Positions 54,825-64,000 of a stretch of 64,000 bases of DNA are shown one piece after another. The stretch comes from an uncultured delta proteobacterium (GTDB lineage: Bacteria > Myxococcota > Myxococcia > SLRQ01). Under the pieces are notes generated by a model. The model had not been told where the DNA came from, did not search any database, and saw only the letters and a list, made by a program, of their open reading frames with translations. Positions within the stretch are counted from its first letter, which is position 1, and every line of letters begins with the position of its first letter. The DNA lies in assembly GCA_963727485.1 (NCBI GenBank), contig CAVSGM010000001.1, positions 704,001 through 768,000 on the forward strand, given 5' to 3'. The position numbers were made by a program, and so were the translations under genes.

Positions 54825-55783
54825 CAGGCGGCCTCCTTCTGGGGCGGGGTCTTGCTGCGGGTGAGGTCGAGGAAGACCTGCTCCAGCTCCCCGGCCTCCT
54901 CGGCGACCCGGCGCACCCCGAAGCCGGCGCCCACCAGGGCAGAGACCAGGGCCTCGACGTCGTCGCCCTCGAGGGTGACCCGGGCCTCCAGGCGGCCGTG
55001 GCCGGCGTCCGTGATCCGGTGGGCGCTGACGTCCGAGCGGTCCTGGAGGAACGACTCGAGCCCGGCCTCGGCGCCCCTTACCACCAGGGCGAGGCGGCGG
55101 TTGGCGCCGAGGCGCTCGGTGAGGGCGTCCTCGCTCCCCTCGGCGACCACCCGGCCGTCGTGGATGAGGAGGATGCAATCGCAGGTCTGGGAGATCTCCG
55201 AGAGGATGTGGCTCGACACCAGCACCGTGTGCTTGCCCCGGAGCCCGTCGATGGTCCGGCGCATGTCCACGATCTGCCGGGGGTCGAGGCCGCTGATGGG
55301 CTCGTCGAGGATCACCAGATCGGGGTCGTGGAGGATCGCCTGGGCGATGCCCACCCGCTTCTTGTAGCCGTGGGAGAGCTCGTCGATGACCCGCAGCCTC
55401 GTCTCGGCGTCGAGGCCGGTGGCGTCGCAGACCTCGGGGACGCGCCTCTCCACCTCGGCGGGGCGCATGCCCTTGAGGCGTCCGGTGAAGCGCAGGTAGT
55501 CGGCGACCCGCATCTCCCGGTAGAGCGGCGGCTCCTCGGGGAGGAAGCCGACCTTCCGGCGGGCGGCGGCGGGGGCCTCGAGGACGTCGACGCCCCCGAC
55601 CTTCACCGTGCCCGCCGAGGGCATGAGGAGCCCGGCGAGGATGCGCAGGAGGGTGGACTTCCCGGCGCCATTGAGGCCCAGGATGCCCACGATCTCTCCG
55701 CGTTCGATGGAGAAACCCACTCCGTCCAGCGCTCGACGCCGGCCGTAGTAGCGCACCAGGGAAGCCGCTTCGACCATGGCCAT
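54824..55783 (-). CDS. ABC transporter ATP-binding protein (GldA-like)
   Basis: GLNGAGKST, LSHGYKKRVG, ILDEP, SSHIL. Confidence 0.93.
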   Translation of the reverse strand: MAMVEAASLVRYYGRRRALDGVGFSIERGEIVGILGLNGAGKSTLLRILAGLLMPSAGTVKVGGVDVLEAPAAARRKVGFLPEEPPLYREMRVADYLRFTGRLKGMRPAEVERRVPEVCDATGLDAETRLRVIDELSHGYKKRVGIAQAILHDPDLVILDEPISGLDPRQIVDMRRTIDGLRGKHTVLVSSHILSEISQTCDCILLIHDGRVVAEGSEDALTERLGANRRLALVVRGAEAGLESFLQDRSDVSAHRITDAGHGRLEARVTLEGDDVEALVSALVGAGFGVRRVAEEAGELEQVFLDLTRSKTPPQKEAA

Positions 55784-55914
55784 GGTCGCGAATCGAAGGG
55801 CGAATCCGAGGCGCCGTCAAGCCCTTCTCGGCGATTTCTGCGTCACCGGCAGAAAGTGCCCCCGGCTCGGAATTTCACGGCCGGGAACCCGGTTGGACCG
55901 GGATTTGCGCGCCG

Positions 55915-57420
55915 TCAGCCCTGGGGCATGGGCTCGAGCTCGACGGCCTGGCTGCCGCCGCCGGAGACCAGCGCCACGGTGAGATCGAAGTCCTGGCCCA
56001 GGCGCATCTCCAGCTCCACCGGCCCGGGGTTGGCGGCGAGCCACGCCGGGTCGACCTTCACCATCCCCAAGAGCTCCCGGTCGATGCTGGTGGGATCGAT
56101 GGCCTCGTAGACCGCCACCGCCAGGGGCTGTCCCGGAGGCGGCCTGGGATCGAGGGCGATCCGGGCGGTGTGGGGCACCGCGGTGTTCAGGGGGATGACC
56201 TCGCGGCTGCCGACGCCGGGCATCATGATCCCGATGGGCAGGGGGATGACGTCGACCAGCCCCGGGCCCCGGGGGAGGTTCAGGGTGCGGCCGAGGATGG
56301 CGGCGCCGATGGCGACCCCGAGCTCCGGGTGGAGGTGCTTGCGCGGGTCGGAGCGGAAGCGCACCCCGAAGCGGCGCTGGATCGCCGGCATCCGCGTCTG
56401 GCCGCCGACGAAGACGATCTCGGCGACCTGGTCGGCGTTGACCCCGGCGCGGGTCAGGGTGTCGTCGACGATGCCCCCGAGGCGGGCGAGGAGCCCCTCG
56501 GAGATCTGCTCCAGCTCGGCGACCGAGAGGGTGTAGTCGAGGTCGATGAACGACGGCCCCTGCTGGGCCACGAAGGGGACCTTGATCCGGGCCTCGCCCT
56601 CCTTGGAGAGGGCGATCTTGGCGGCCTCGGCGGCGAGCATCAGCCGCTGCATCACCACCTTCTTGCTCCGCAGGTCCACCGCCTGCTCGATGGCGAAGCG
56701 CTCCACCAGGGCGTCGACGATGGCCGAGTCGAAGTCGATGCCCCCGAGGAAGGCGTCGCCCCCGGTCCCCAGCACCCGGACCTCGCGGCGGTCGATCTGG
56801 AGGAGGGTGGCGTCGAAGGTGCCGCCGCCGAGGTCGAAGACCAGCACCCGGCCCCCGGCGTCCTTGTGCTTGGCGTAGTAGAGGGCGGCGGCGGTGGGCT
56901 CGTTGACCATCGCCCGGACCTCGAGGCCGGCCATCTCCGCGGCGGTGCGCACCGCCTTGCGCTGCCCATAGCTGAAGTGGGCGGGGACGGTGAGGACCGT
57001 CTCGTCGAACTCGGTGCCCGCGGCGCCGTTGGCGAGCTCCACGATCCGCCGCACCATCTGGAAGGCGACCTCGGTCATGGAGGTCTTCTCGCCGTAGAGG
57101 TCCACCGCCACCCCGCCGGTGTCGTCCTCCACCAGGGGGTAGACGAAGCGGTCGTGGTTGCGGGTGACGAACTCGGAGCGGAACCGCCGGCCGAGGAAGC
57201 GCTTGGCGCTGTAGACCGTGTGGTCCGGGTCGTCGATGATCTGCTGGCGGGCCACGTGGCCCACGAGGATCCGGTCCTTGCCGCCGTACCAGACCACCGA
57301 GGGCAGGGTGTAGGTCTTGTCCGTCACCGGGACCAGGTGGATCTTGCCGCCGGCGTCGCACCAGGCGGCGGCGGTGTTGGTGGTGCCGAAGTCGATGCCG
57401 AGGACGGGCCGGGATGCCAT
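55915..57420 (-). CDS. Hsp70/DnaK family protein (short, no lid)
   Basis: GIDFGTTN, TVPAHF, NEPTAAAL, DLGGGTFD, VGGQTRMP. Confidence 0.92.
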   Translation of the reverse strand: MASRPVLGIDFGTTNTAAAWCDAGGKIHLVPVTDKTYTLPSVVWYGGKDRILVGHVARQQIIDDPDHTVYSAKRFLGRRFRSEFVTRNHDRFVYPLVEDDTGGVAVDLYGEKTSMTEVAFQMVRRIVELANGAAGTEFDETVLTVPAHFSYGQRKAVRTAAEMAGLEVRAMVNEPTAAALYYAKHKDAGGRVLVFDLGGGTFDATLLQIDRREVRVLGTGGDAFLGGIDFDSAIVDALVERFAIEQAVDLRSKKVVMQRLMLAAEAAKIALSKEGEARIKVPFVAQQGPSFIDLDYTLSVAELEQISEGLLARLGGIVDDTLTRAGVNADQVAEIVFVGGQTRMPAIQRRFGVRFRSDPRKHLHPELGVAIGAAILGRTLNLPRGPGLVDVIPLPIGIMMPGVGSREVIPLNTAVPHTARIALDPRPPPGQPLAVAVYEAIDPTSIDRELLGMVKVDPAWLAANPGPVELEMRLGQDFDLTVALVSGGGSQAVELEPMPQG

Positions 57421-57604
57421 GGCGGCATTCTGTCGAGGATCGCGTCCCAGGTCGACCCCCGGGCCGGGTAGGGAAACGTAAGACCGGGAAAATAAGGTAG
57501 AAATCAAGAAGTCGCCCCCGGGGCTTTCAGCTTTGACGGGCGGCGGTGTCCATAGGTGCAGGAGGGGGCCGAGCCCCCGTCACCCACGCACGGAGGAGAC
57601 CGTC

Positions 57605-58600
57605 ATGAACCGCCTCATCGCCCCCGCACTCTGCCTCGCCCTCGCCACCGGCTGTGGTGCCGCCGGCGCCGACGCCTTCCGCACCGGCGTTCCCACCACC
57701 AGCAACGTGAACCTCAGCCTGCCGGGCCAGGCCGGCCAGCCCCTCACCGGGGACACCGGCTCCATGTCCGACCCGCTCCAGGGCCAGACCTCGAACTTCT
57801 ACCGCCTCACCCGGGACGTCACCGGCACGGTCAACGGTGGGGTGGTGCTCATCCTCGGCACCGTCCGCGCCGTCACCCGGATCCGGCCGACGTCCCTCTC
57901 GGGCCAGACGGCGGTCTGGGGCCCCTACACCCCCGACCTCTCGCCCATCACCTGGAAGCTCACGGTGACCCACACCGAGGGCCAGACCTACACCTACACC
58001 CTCGAGGGCAAGGCCAAGGGCGATCCCGACACCGCCTACCAGGTGGTCCTCTCCGGGACCCACACCCGGGCCGTGGACGCCAAGGGCAACGCCATCGCCG
58101 ACTACGGCCAGGGCACCTTCCTCCTCGACTGGGACGCCCGGGCCAAGCTCCCCGACGCCAAGGCGAACCTCACCGGCACCGCCGAGGTCGACTACGCCCG
58201 CCCGGCGCCCGGCCAGGACGCCACCATCGACGTGAGCTTCACCGGCGCCACCGACGCCCGGTCCGGGCGCAAGCTGAACGCCAAGTACACCTACCAGCAC
58301 ACCCCCAACGTGGGCGGCAAGTTCACCTTCGTCGCCGACTCGGACGTCGACGGCGACGGCACCAACGAGACCCTGGCCATCGAGAGCCGGTGGCAGCACT
58401 CGGGCACCGGCCGCTCGGACGTGAAGGCCACCGGTGGGGACATGGCTTCCGGCGGCGCGACCATCAACGAGTGCTGGGACGACAACTTCGCCAGCACCTT
58501 CATGGCCGCCTCGTTCTCCACCAATCCCAAGTACAACTACGGCGACGAGGCCAGCGGCTGCGCCTTCGCCAGCGCCGAGTACGCCCCGGCCCAGCCCTAG
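57605..58600 (+). CDS. Beta-rich lipoprotein (paralog of 61528..62493)
   Basis: LALATGC lipobox; NGG, WGP, ECWD motifs; GGAGGAG RBS. Confidence 0.85.
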   Translation: MNRLIAPALCLALATGCGAAGADAFRTGVPTTSNVNLSLPGQAGQPLTGDTGSMSDPLQGQTSNFYRLTRDVTGTVNGGVVLILGTVRAVTRIRPTSLSGQTAVWGPYTPDLSPITWKLTVTHTEGQTYTYTLEGKAKGDPDTAYQVVLSGTHTRAVDAKGNAIADYGQGTFLLDWDARAKLPDAKANLTGTAEVDYARPAPGQDATIDVSFTGATDARSGRKLNAKYTYQHTPNVGGKFTFVADSDVDGDGTNETLAIESRWQHSGTGRSDVKATGGDMASGGATINECWDDNFASTFMAASFSTNPKYNYGDEASGCAFASAEYAPAQP

Positions 58601-58619
58601 CCACCCCGACGCCCGTGCC

Positions 58620-59147
58620 ATGACCGAGCCGAAGCTCCAGGTGATCGCGGGCGGGAAGGGCGCGGAGGATCCCCAGCAGATCCTCCGCGCCTTCTACGAG
58701 CAGTACGCGCCCAGCGTCTACGGGCGCTGTCTCTACCTGCTCAAGGGCCGGGAGGACGCCGAGGACGCCATGCAGGAGGTCTTCGCCCGGGCCCTGTCGA
58801 ACCTCGAACGCTTCCGCGGGGAAGCCTCGCCCCTGACCTGGCTGATGACCATCGCCACCCACCACTGCCTCAACCAGATCCGCGGCCGGAAGGCCGGCTG
58901 GCGCGAGCGCTTCCGCCGCACCGAGGAGGCGCGGCCCCGGTCCCACGGAGGGCCGAAGCTCATGGAGGCGCGAGACCAGGTCCACCGGCTGCTCCACCGC
59001 TTCGACCTCGAGACCCAGCGGGCGGTGGTCCACTACCATGTCGACGGCATGACCCTCGAGGAGGTCGGCGCCACCCTGGGGCGGTCGGTGCCCACGGTCC
59101 GCAAGCGCCTCGCCCGCTTCGCCGCGGCCCTGGAAGAGGAGGAATGA
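58620..59147 (+). CDS. ECF sigma factor
   Basis: DAEDAMQEVF, WLMTIATHHCLN, GMTLEEVG..SVPTVRKRL. Confidence 0.92.
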   Translation: MTEPKLQVIAGGKGAEDPQQILRAFYEQYAPSVYGRCLYLLKGREDAEDAMQEVFARALSNLERFRGEASPLTWLMTIATHHCLNQIRGRKAGWRERFRRTEEARPRSHGGPKLMEARDQVHRLLHRFDLETQRAVVHYHVDGMTLEEVGATLGRSVPTVRKRLARFAAALEEEE

Positions 59148-59148
59148 G

Positions 59149-59919
59149 ATGAACGCCGAGCACCATGGAGAGCTGGAGCTCCGGCGCTTCCGCATCGGGG
59201 AGCTGCCCCCGGAGCGGTCCCGGGAGATCGCCGACCACGTCCCCGGCTGCGACGCCTGCCAGGCGCGGCTGGCGGCCATCGACGCCGAGGCCGCCCGGTT
59301 CCGCGAGTCGATCTCCTTCGAGCGCTTCGCCGCCGGGGTCGCCTCCGCCGGGCGCACCGCCCGCCGCCGGCCCCGCATCCCCCGGTGGGTGCCGCCAGCC
59401 ATGGCGCTGGCCGCCGCCGCCGGGGTGGTGCTCGCCCTCTCGGTGCGTCCGGCGACGGTCACGGGCCCGGCGCCCGCCGGGGCCAACCGGGTCAAGGGCG
59501 GCGGCGCCGCGGTGGACTTCTACGTCGGGGGCGAGGGCACCCCGCGCCTCGCCGGGGCCGCCGAGCGCCTCGCCGCCGGGGAGCGCGTCCGCATCGGCTA
59601 CCACCCCGGGCCCTATCGCTACCTCGCGGTGGTCTCGGTGGACGACGGCGGCGAGGTGAGCCGTCTCTATCCCACGGGCGGCGAGAGCCTCCCGGTGACC
59701 CGCGGCCGGGGCGCCGAGACCCTGCTCCCGAGCTCGGTGGCCTTCTCCGGCCACGGCCCCGAGCGGGTGGTCGTGGTCCTCACCCGGCGCCCGGTGCCGG
59801 TCAGCCGGGTGGCCAGGAAGGTGAAGGCCGCCTGGCGCGCCGCCGGCGGCGACGTCACCCACCTCGGGCCCCTGGACCTCCCGGGCGCCCACTTCCACCG
59901 GGTCTTCCTCAAGCCCTGA
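59149..59919 (+). CDS. Zinc-binding (ZAS) transmembrane anti-sigma factor with DUF4384-like periplasmic domain
   Basis: HVPGCDAC (HxxxCxxC), TM helix, RVKGG, LAAGERVRI..VSVDDGGEVSRLYP. Confidence 0.82.
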   Translation: MNAEHHGELELRRFRIGELPPERSREIADHVPGCDACQARLAAIDAEAARFRESISFERFAAGVASAGRTARRRPRIPRWVPPAMALAAAAGVVLALSVRPATVTGPAPAGANRVKGGGAAVDFYVGGEGTPRLAGAAERLAAGERVRIGYHPGPYRYLAVVSVDDGGEVSRLYPTGGESLPVTRGRGAETLLPSSVAFSGHGPERVVVVLTRRPVPVSRVARKVKAAWRAAGGDVTHLGPLDLPGAHFHRVFLKP

Positions 59920-59923
59920 CGCC

Positions 59924-61528
59924 ATGGCCCCCCGTCGTCACCGCCTCCGGGTCCTGGTCCCGGCGCTCCTCTGCCTGTTGGCGGGCACCGCCCGGGCCGG
60001 GGAGACCCGGCGCTTCGCGCTGCTCGTCGGCGACGACGACGGGGGTCCCGGGACCGAGCACCTCTACTACGCCCACGACGACGCCCGGCGGATCCGCGAC
60101 ATCCTGGTGCGCCTCGGGGGCGTGCGCGCCGGCGACGCCACCCTCCTCCTCGACGCCAGCCGCGCCCGCTTCCTCGACGCCCTCAAGCGCATCGACCGGC
60201 GCATCGCCGCCGCCCGGGCGAAGGGCGAGCGGACCATCCTGGTGGTCTACTACTCGGGGCACGCGGTGAACGGGGCCCTGCGCCTCGGGGGCACCGACCT
60301 GAAGCTCTCGGCCCTCAAGGCGCACCTCGCCGACTCACCGGCCGACGTGCGCATCGGGATCCTCGACTCGTGCCGCTCCGGGCTCATCGACCGGACCAAG
60401 GGAGCGCGGTTGGCCCCGGCGTTCCAGGTGGACACCGGCCAGGCGAGCGAGGCGAAGGGCCTGGTGCTCCTCACCTCCTCGAGCGCCAACGAGGACAGCC
60501 AGGAGTCCGATCGCATCGGCGGCAGCTACTTCACCTACAACCTCGCCAGCGGGCTCCTGGGCAACGCCGACCGCTCCGGGGACGGGCGGGTGACCCTCTC
60601 GGAGGCCTACGCCTACGCCTACGATCGCACCGTCGCCGCCACCGCCGGCACCGCGGCCGGCCCCCAGCACCCGACCTTCGCCTACGACCTCGCCGGCAAC
60701 GGGGACGTGGTCCTCACCGATGTGGCGAGCCGCCGGGAGGGCCTGCGGCTGCCCGCCTCGGCGCCGGCGGGGACGTACTTCCTGGTCCACGACGACGGGC
60801 GCATCGCCGCCGAGGTGGACAAGCCCGCGGGGGTGGCCCGGCGCATCGCCCTCGCCCCCGGGGACTACAAGGTCAAGCGCCGCCTCGCCGGCCACCTGCG
60901 CATCGGCGACCTCGAGGTCCCCGCCGGGCGGGTGGTGACCCTCGATCCGGCGACGCTCCACGACGCGCCCTTCTCCGACGACCCGGTGAAGGGGCTCGGC
61001 CGCCTCGGGCCCCCGCGCTACGCGGCCTGGAAGCTGGGCCTCGCCTGGCAGGGCTTCTTCGCCGCCCCCGACCTCTTCCCCTCGGGGCCGGTGGCCTCGT
61101 TGTCCCTCGCCATCCCCGGGGTCTTCGGCCCCGGCTGGCGCCTGGGCGTCGACCTCGACGTCGGGGGCACCACCGCCACCCTGGTGGCCCCTGGGCTCGC
61201 CAGCGTGCCGTACCAGACGGTGGAGCTCGGCGGCGGTCTCTCGGTGGAGCGCGAGGTGGACCTGGGCCCGGTGGTCCTCTCCGCCGGCGGGCGCCTCGCC
61301 TACCTCTACCTGGCCCGGCACTTCGACCCCGCCACCGCCCTGCCGTCCCAGTACTTCGCCACCTTCACCCCGGGTGTCACCGCCGGGGCCCGCCTGCGCC
61401 TCGGCGCCGGCTTCAGCCTCGCCGTCTCCGGCCGGGTCCACTACCTGTACTACAACGTCGACGGCGACCGCTCCCTGGGCTACGCCGAGCTCGGGGCGCA
61501 GATCGTGTACCAGAAGGAGCCCCGGTGA
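59924..61528 (+). CDS. Exported caspase-like (peptidase C14) protease with C-terminal beta-barrel-like region
   Basis: Signal ARA-G, RFALLVG, YYSGH (His), ILDSCRSG (Cys), SQESD, Q.P motif, amphipathic C-terminal strands. Confidence 0.88.
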   Translation: MAPRRHRLRVLVPALLCLLAGTARAGETRRFALLVGDDDGGPGTEHLYYAHDDARRIRDILVRLGGVRAGDATLLLDASRARFLDALKRIDRRIAAARAKGERTILVVYYSGHAVNGALRLGGTDLKLSALKAHLADSPADVRIGILDSCRSGLIDRTKGARLAPAFQVDTGQASEAKGLVLLTSSSANEDSQESDRIGGSYFTYNLASGLLGNADRSGDGRVTLSEAYAYAYDRTVAATAGTAAGPQHPTFAYDLAGNGDVVLTDVASRREGLRLPASAPAGTYFLVHDDGRIAAEVDKPAGVARRIALAPGDYKVKRRLAGHLRIGDLEVPAGRVVTLDPATLHDAPFSDDPVKGLGRLGPPRYAAWKLGLAWQGFFAAPDLFPSGPVASLSLAIPGVFGPGWRLGVDLDVGGTTATLVAPGLASVPYQTVELGGGLSVEREVDLGPVVLSAGGRLAYLYLARHFDPATALPSQYFATFTPGVTAGARLRLGAGFSLAVSGRVHYLYYNVDGDRSLGYAELGAQIVYQKEPR

Positions 61529-62493
61529 TGCGCCGCGCCACCTCCCTCGTCCTCGCCCTCGCCACCGTCCTCGCCGGGACCGCGTGCGGGAACTGGTCCA
61601 ACCAGGACCTGGTCTTCCTCGCGGCCCTCCCGGACCGGACCCAGCTCTCGAGCAAGCTCGCCGGGACCCAGGTCGCCTCGTCGTCCTCGGGGCTCCAGCA
61701 GGCCCTCCTCGGCGACGTCGCCGACGGCTACACCTTCTCCCAGGACGCCTCCAAGGCCTTCAACGGCGGCCTCTACGCCACCCTCGATCTCCTGGAGCAC
61801 GTGCGCACCGTGCCCCCGACCACCCGCCACACCGACGAGCGCATCTGGGGACCGTTCCGGGACCCGGCCTCCCTCACCCACTTCGTGCAGGTGGTGATCG
61901 ACCGGACCGGCTGCAGCCTCGGCGCCGACGGGGTGCGGCGCTGCGCCACCTACAGCTACCACCTCGACCTGCGTCAGGGGCAGACCGGGCCCTGGGCGAC
62001 CTACCTCTCGGGGACCTGGCAGGTCACCGGCACGGTCCGGGAGGGGCAGGGCACCCTGGCCCTCGACGCCGACGCCGCCCGCTCGGTGGGCATCGACCCG
62101 GTGTCCCTGCAGAAGATCGCCAACATCAGCGTGACCTACCAGACCGCGCCGTTCCCCATCCAGGTGGCCATGACCGTCAGCGGCACCGGCGGCACGGTCA
62201 TCGACTACGCCTACCGGGAGCTCGCCACCGGCAGCGGGGGGATGCACTTCCACACCCAGGCCAACGTCATCGCCGGCGCCGCCGTCGAGGACGTGGACAT
62301 CCGGGCCGGGTGGCGCCCGGACTCGGTGGGCACGGCGACCCTGGTCATCAGCGGCGGCGACGCCGGCAGCGGCGCCACCAAGGTCGAGTGCTGGGACACC
62401 GCCGGCCGGCTCACCTATGACACCGAGAGCTGGAGCGGGAACGTCGAGGGGGATCCCAAGGCGTGCCCCACGGCGGTGCCGACCTTCCCGTGA
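61528..62493 (+). CDS. Beta-rich lipoprotein (paralog of 57605..58600)
   Basis: LAGTAC lipobox, FNGG, IWGP, GQGTLALD, GGD, ECWD; TGATG coupling to the caspase gene. Confidence 0.85.
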   Translation: MRRATSLVLALATVLAGTACGNWSNQDLVFLAALPDRTQLSSKLAGTQVASSSSGLQQALLGDVADGYTFSQDASKAFNGGLYATLDLLEHVRTVPPTTRHTDERIWGPFRDPASLTHFVQVVIDRTGCSLGADGVRRCATYSYHLDLRQGQTGPWATYLSGTWQVTGTVREGQGTLALDADAARSVGIDPVSLQKIANISVTYQTAPFPIQVAMTVSGTGGTVIDYAYRELATGSGGMHFHTQANVIAGAAVEDVDIRAGWRPDSVGTATLVISGGDAGSGATKVECWDTAGRLTYDTESWSGNVEGDPKACPTAVPTFP

Positions 62494-62537
62494 GCGCGGG
62501 GGCGCCGGCGCCGGCGCCGGCGAATCCGGCGAACGAA

Positions 62538-62672
62538 GCCGGCGACCCGGCACGGGCGGGCCGGCTGCAGGATGCCGGCGCCAAGCGATCCGGAGCCGGA
62601 GCCGGAGCCGGAGAAGTCGATTGGCCCTGCGCCACCCGGGGCCGGCCTCACCGCCGGTTCGCGCCCGCCGGC
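62538..62672 (+). repeat. Dispersed palindromic repeat copy (REPIN-like)
   Basis: gccggcgacccggcacgggcgggccggctgcaggatgccggcgcc is nearly identical to the reverse complement of the 203-bp unit; spacer contains ggagcc repeats. Confidence 0.9.
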
Positions 62673-62705
62673 TGGCGCCCCTGTGGCATCATGCGACCTG
62701 ACGCC

Positions 62706-63204
62706 ATGGCCGCCCGCCTCCTCGCCGTCGTCCTCCTCGTCGATGCCCGCCGCCGCCCGGGCCGACTCGCCGATCCGCGAGGGGGGCACCGGCCGGCCCT
62801 TCTCCCTGACCCTCGACGCCGGGGCCGCGGTCCCGGCCACGGCGGCCACCCGGACCGGCTCGCACCCGGCGCTCGCCGCGGAGCTCTCGGCCACCTGGTG
62901 GGTCACCGAGACCTGGCAGGCGGCGGCGTCGTTCGGGTGGCAGGGACCCGGCCGCGGTTACGAGGCCCTGGTGGGCCCGGTGGCGAGGAGCGGCTTCTAC
63001 CCCATGAGCGTGAGCCTCGGCCTCCAGGTCGGGGCTTTGGTGGTGCCCGGGGCCGCGCCGCGGCCGGTGCTCACCCCGCGCCTCGGCGCCGACCTCCGCC
63101 TCGGGCCCCACGCCCTGGTGGGGATGGGCTACGCCCTGGACCTGCGCCTCGACACCTTCGAGGTGGTCCACCGGGTCTACCTTGATCTGGGTTGGCGCTT
63201 CTGA
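62706..63204 (+). CDS. Small outer-membrane beta-barrel-like protein, frameshifted near 62752
   Basis: MAARLLAVVLLV plus MPAAARA-D signal peptide split by one base; ends YLDLGWRF. Confidence 0.65.
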
Positions 63205-63229
63205 CCGGGGGCCCTACACTCCGGGGGTG

Positions 63230-63625
63230 ATGGGACCTCATGTCCTCATCGTAGATGACGATCCCGAGTATGCCGCGCTGCTGGCGGCTCGGGTGAGCCG
63301 CCGGCAGCCAGGCAGCCAGTGCCAGGTCTGCACCGCCCCCCGGGACGCCCTCGATCGCTGCTGCCAGGCGGACCTGGTCATCGTCGACCTGGAGATGCCC
63401 GACCTCGACGGCATGGGCTTCCTTCGGGAGGCGGTGCGCCGGGGGCTCGACCCGGACCGGGTGGTGATCAACAGCACCCACGGCGCGGCCGAGCTCCACC
63501 GGCGCTTCCACCTCGGCGAGTGCCTCGCGGTCCTCGACAAGCTCGACGCCGCCCAGCAGCACGTCCTCGACCTCATCGTCGACGGGGTCGCCGCCCGGCG
63601 GGCCCGGACCGCCGCCGCCAGCTGA
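63230..63625 (+). CDS. Single-domain response regulator
   Basis: VLIVDDD, IVDLEMPDLDG, LDK. Confidence 0.85.
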   Translation: MGPHVLIVDDDPEYAALLAARVSRRQPGSQCQVCTAPRDALDRCCQADLVIVDLEMPDLDGMGFLREAVRRGLDPDRVVINSTHGAAELHRRFHLGECLAVLDKLDAAQQHVLDLIVDGVAARRARTAAAS

Positions 63626-63693
63626 CCGCCCGGGTCCCACCGGATCCCGGCCCCGGCTTCGCCCCTGACGGAGGCCGGGCGTAAGCTGCCGCT

Positions 63694-64000
63694 GTGCCCC
63701 GCCCGGTCGACAACCCCCCGAACCCCTGGCACAGCCGCGAGGTCGAGCTCCTCGAGCCGGCGCCGCCCGCGGCCCTCGAGATCTTCGAGGAGCGGGCCCG
63801 GACCATCGTCGCTTCGAACGACAGCCCCGACGTCCCCTTCACCTACAGCGTGAACCCCTACCGGGGCTGCTTCCACGGCTGCGCCTACTGCTACGCCCGC
63901 CCGGGCCACCAGTACCTCGACTGGGGCGCCGGCACCGACTTCGAGCGGCGCATCGTGGTCAAGGTCAACGCCCCCGAGCGCCTCCGGGCAGCGTTCCTGA
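63694..64000 (+). CDS. PA0069-family radical SAM protein, 5' part (runs off the window end)
   Basis: [34 protein letters not shown] (CxxxCxxC), [15 protein letters not shown]. Confidence 0.88.
   Translation, partial: MPRPVDNPPNPWHSREVELLEPAPPAALEIFEERARTIVASNDSPDVPFTYSVNPYRGCFHGCAYCYARPGHQYLDWGAGTDFERRIVVKVNAPERLRAAFL

Noticed and set aside
57470..57560. Specific ECF promoter upstream of the caspase operon
   Set aside because: The AT-richer tract is suggestive, but no consensus can be assigned without homologous upstream regions.

Overview
Very GC-rich bacterial chromosomal segment. MYXO-CTERM, FHA/TPR, DUF4388 and Gld-like ABC genes point to Myxococcota or a related deltaproteobacterium. 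It holds about 57 genes: housekeeping (dnaE, argS, tsaD, rsmA, trmL, mutM, epmA, RlmI-like methylase, CBS/cystathionine gamma-lyase, AmgK/MurU-like pair, biotin carboxylase/BCCP), many signalling proteins and secreted Cys-rich or lipoproteins. Highlights: (1) a Y1/HUH REP-associated tyrosine transposase (RAYT-like) gene, plus an unannotated ~120-135 bp imperfect-palindrome repeat found at four intergenic loci, including a 203-bp tandem array; (2) an operon of lipoprotein, ECF sigma, ZAS anti-sigma, exported caspase-like protease and a paralogous lipoprotein, with xxKG motifs shared by protease and anti-sigma; (3) an orphan fliA followed by a minimal flgM-like gene with a canonically spaced sigma-28-type promoter, and a sigma-54-like promoter upstream of fliA; (4) a Thermus/Deinococcus-like ArgRS; (5) at least six small frameshifts, four at or next to GATC, probably long-read errors. 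No rRNA, tRNA or CRISPR array was seen. All family assignments come from motif recognition, not database searches.
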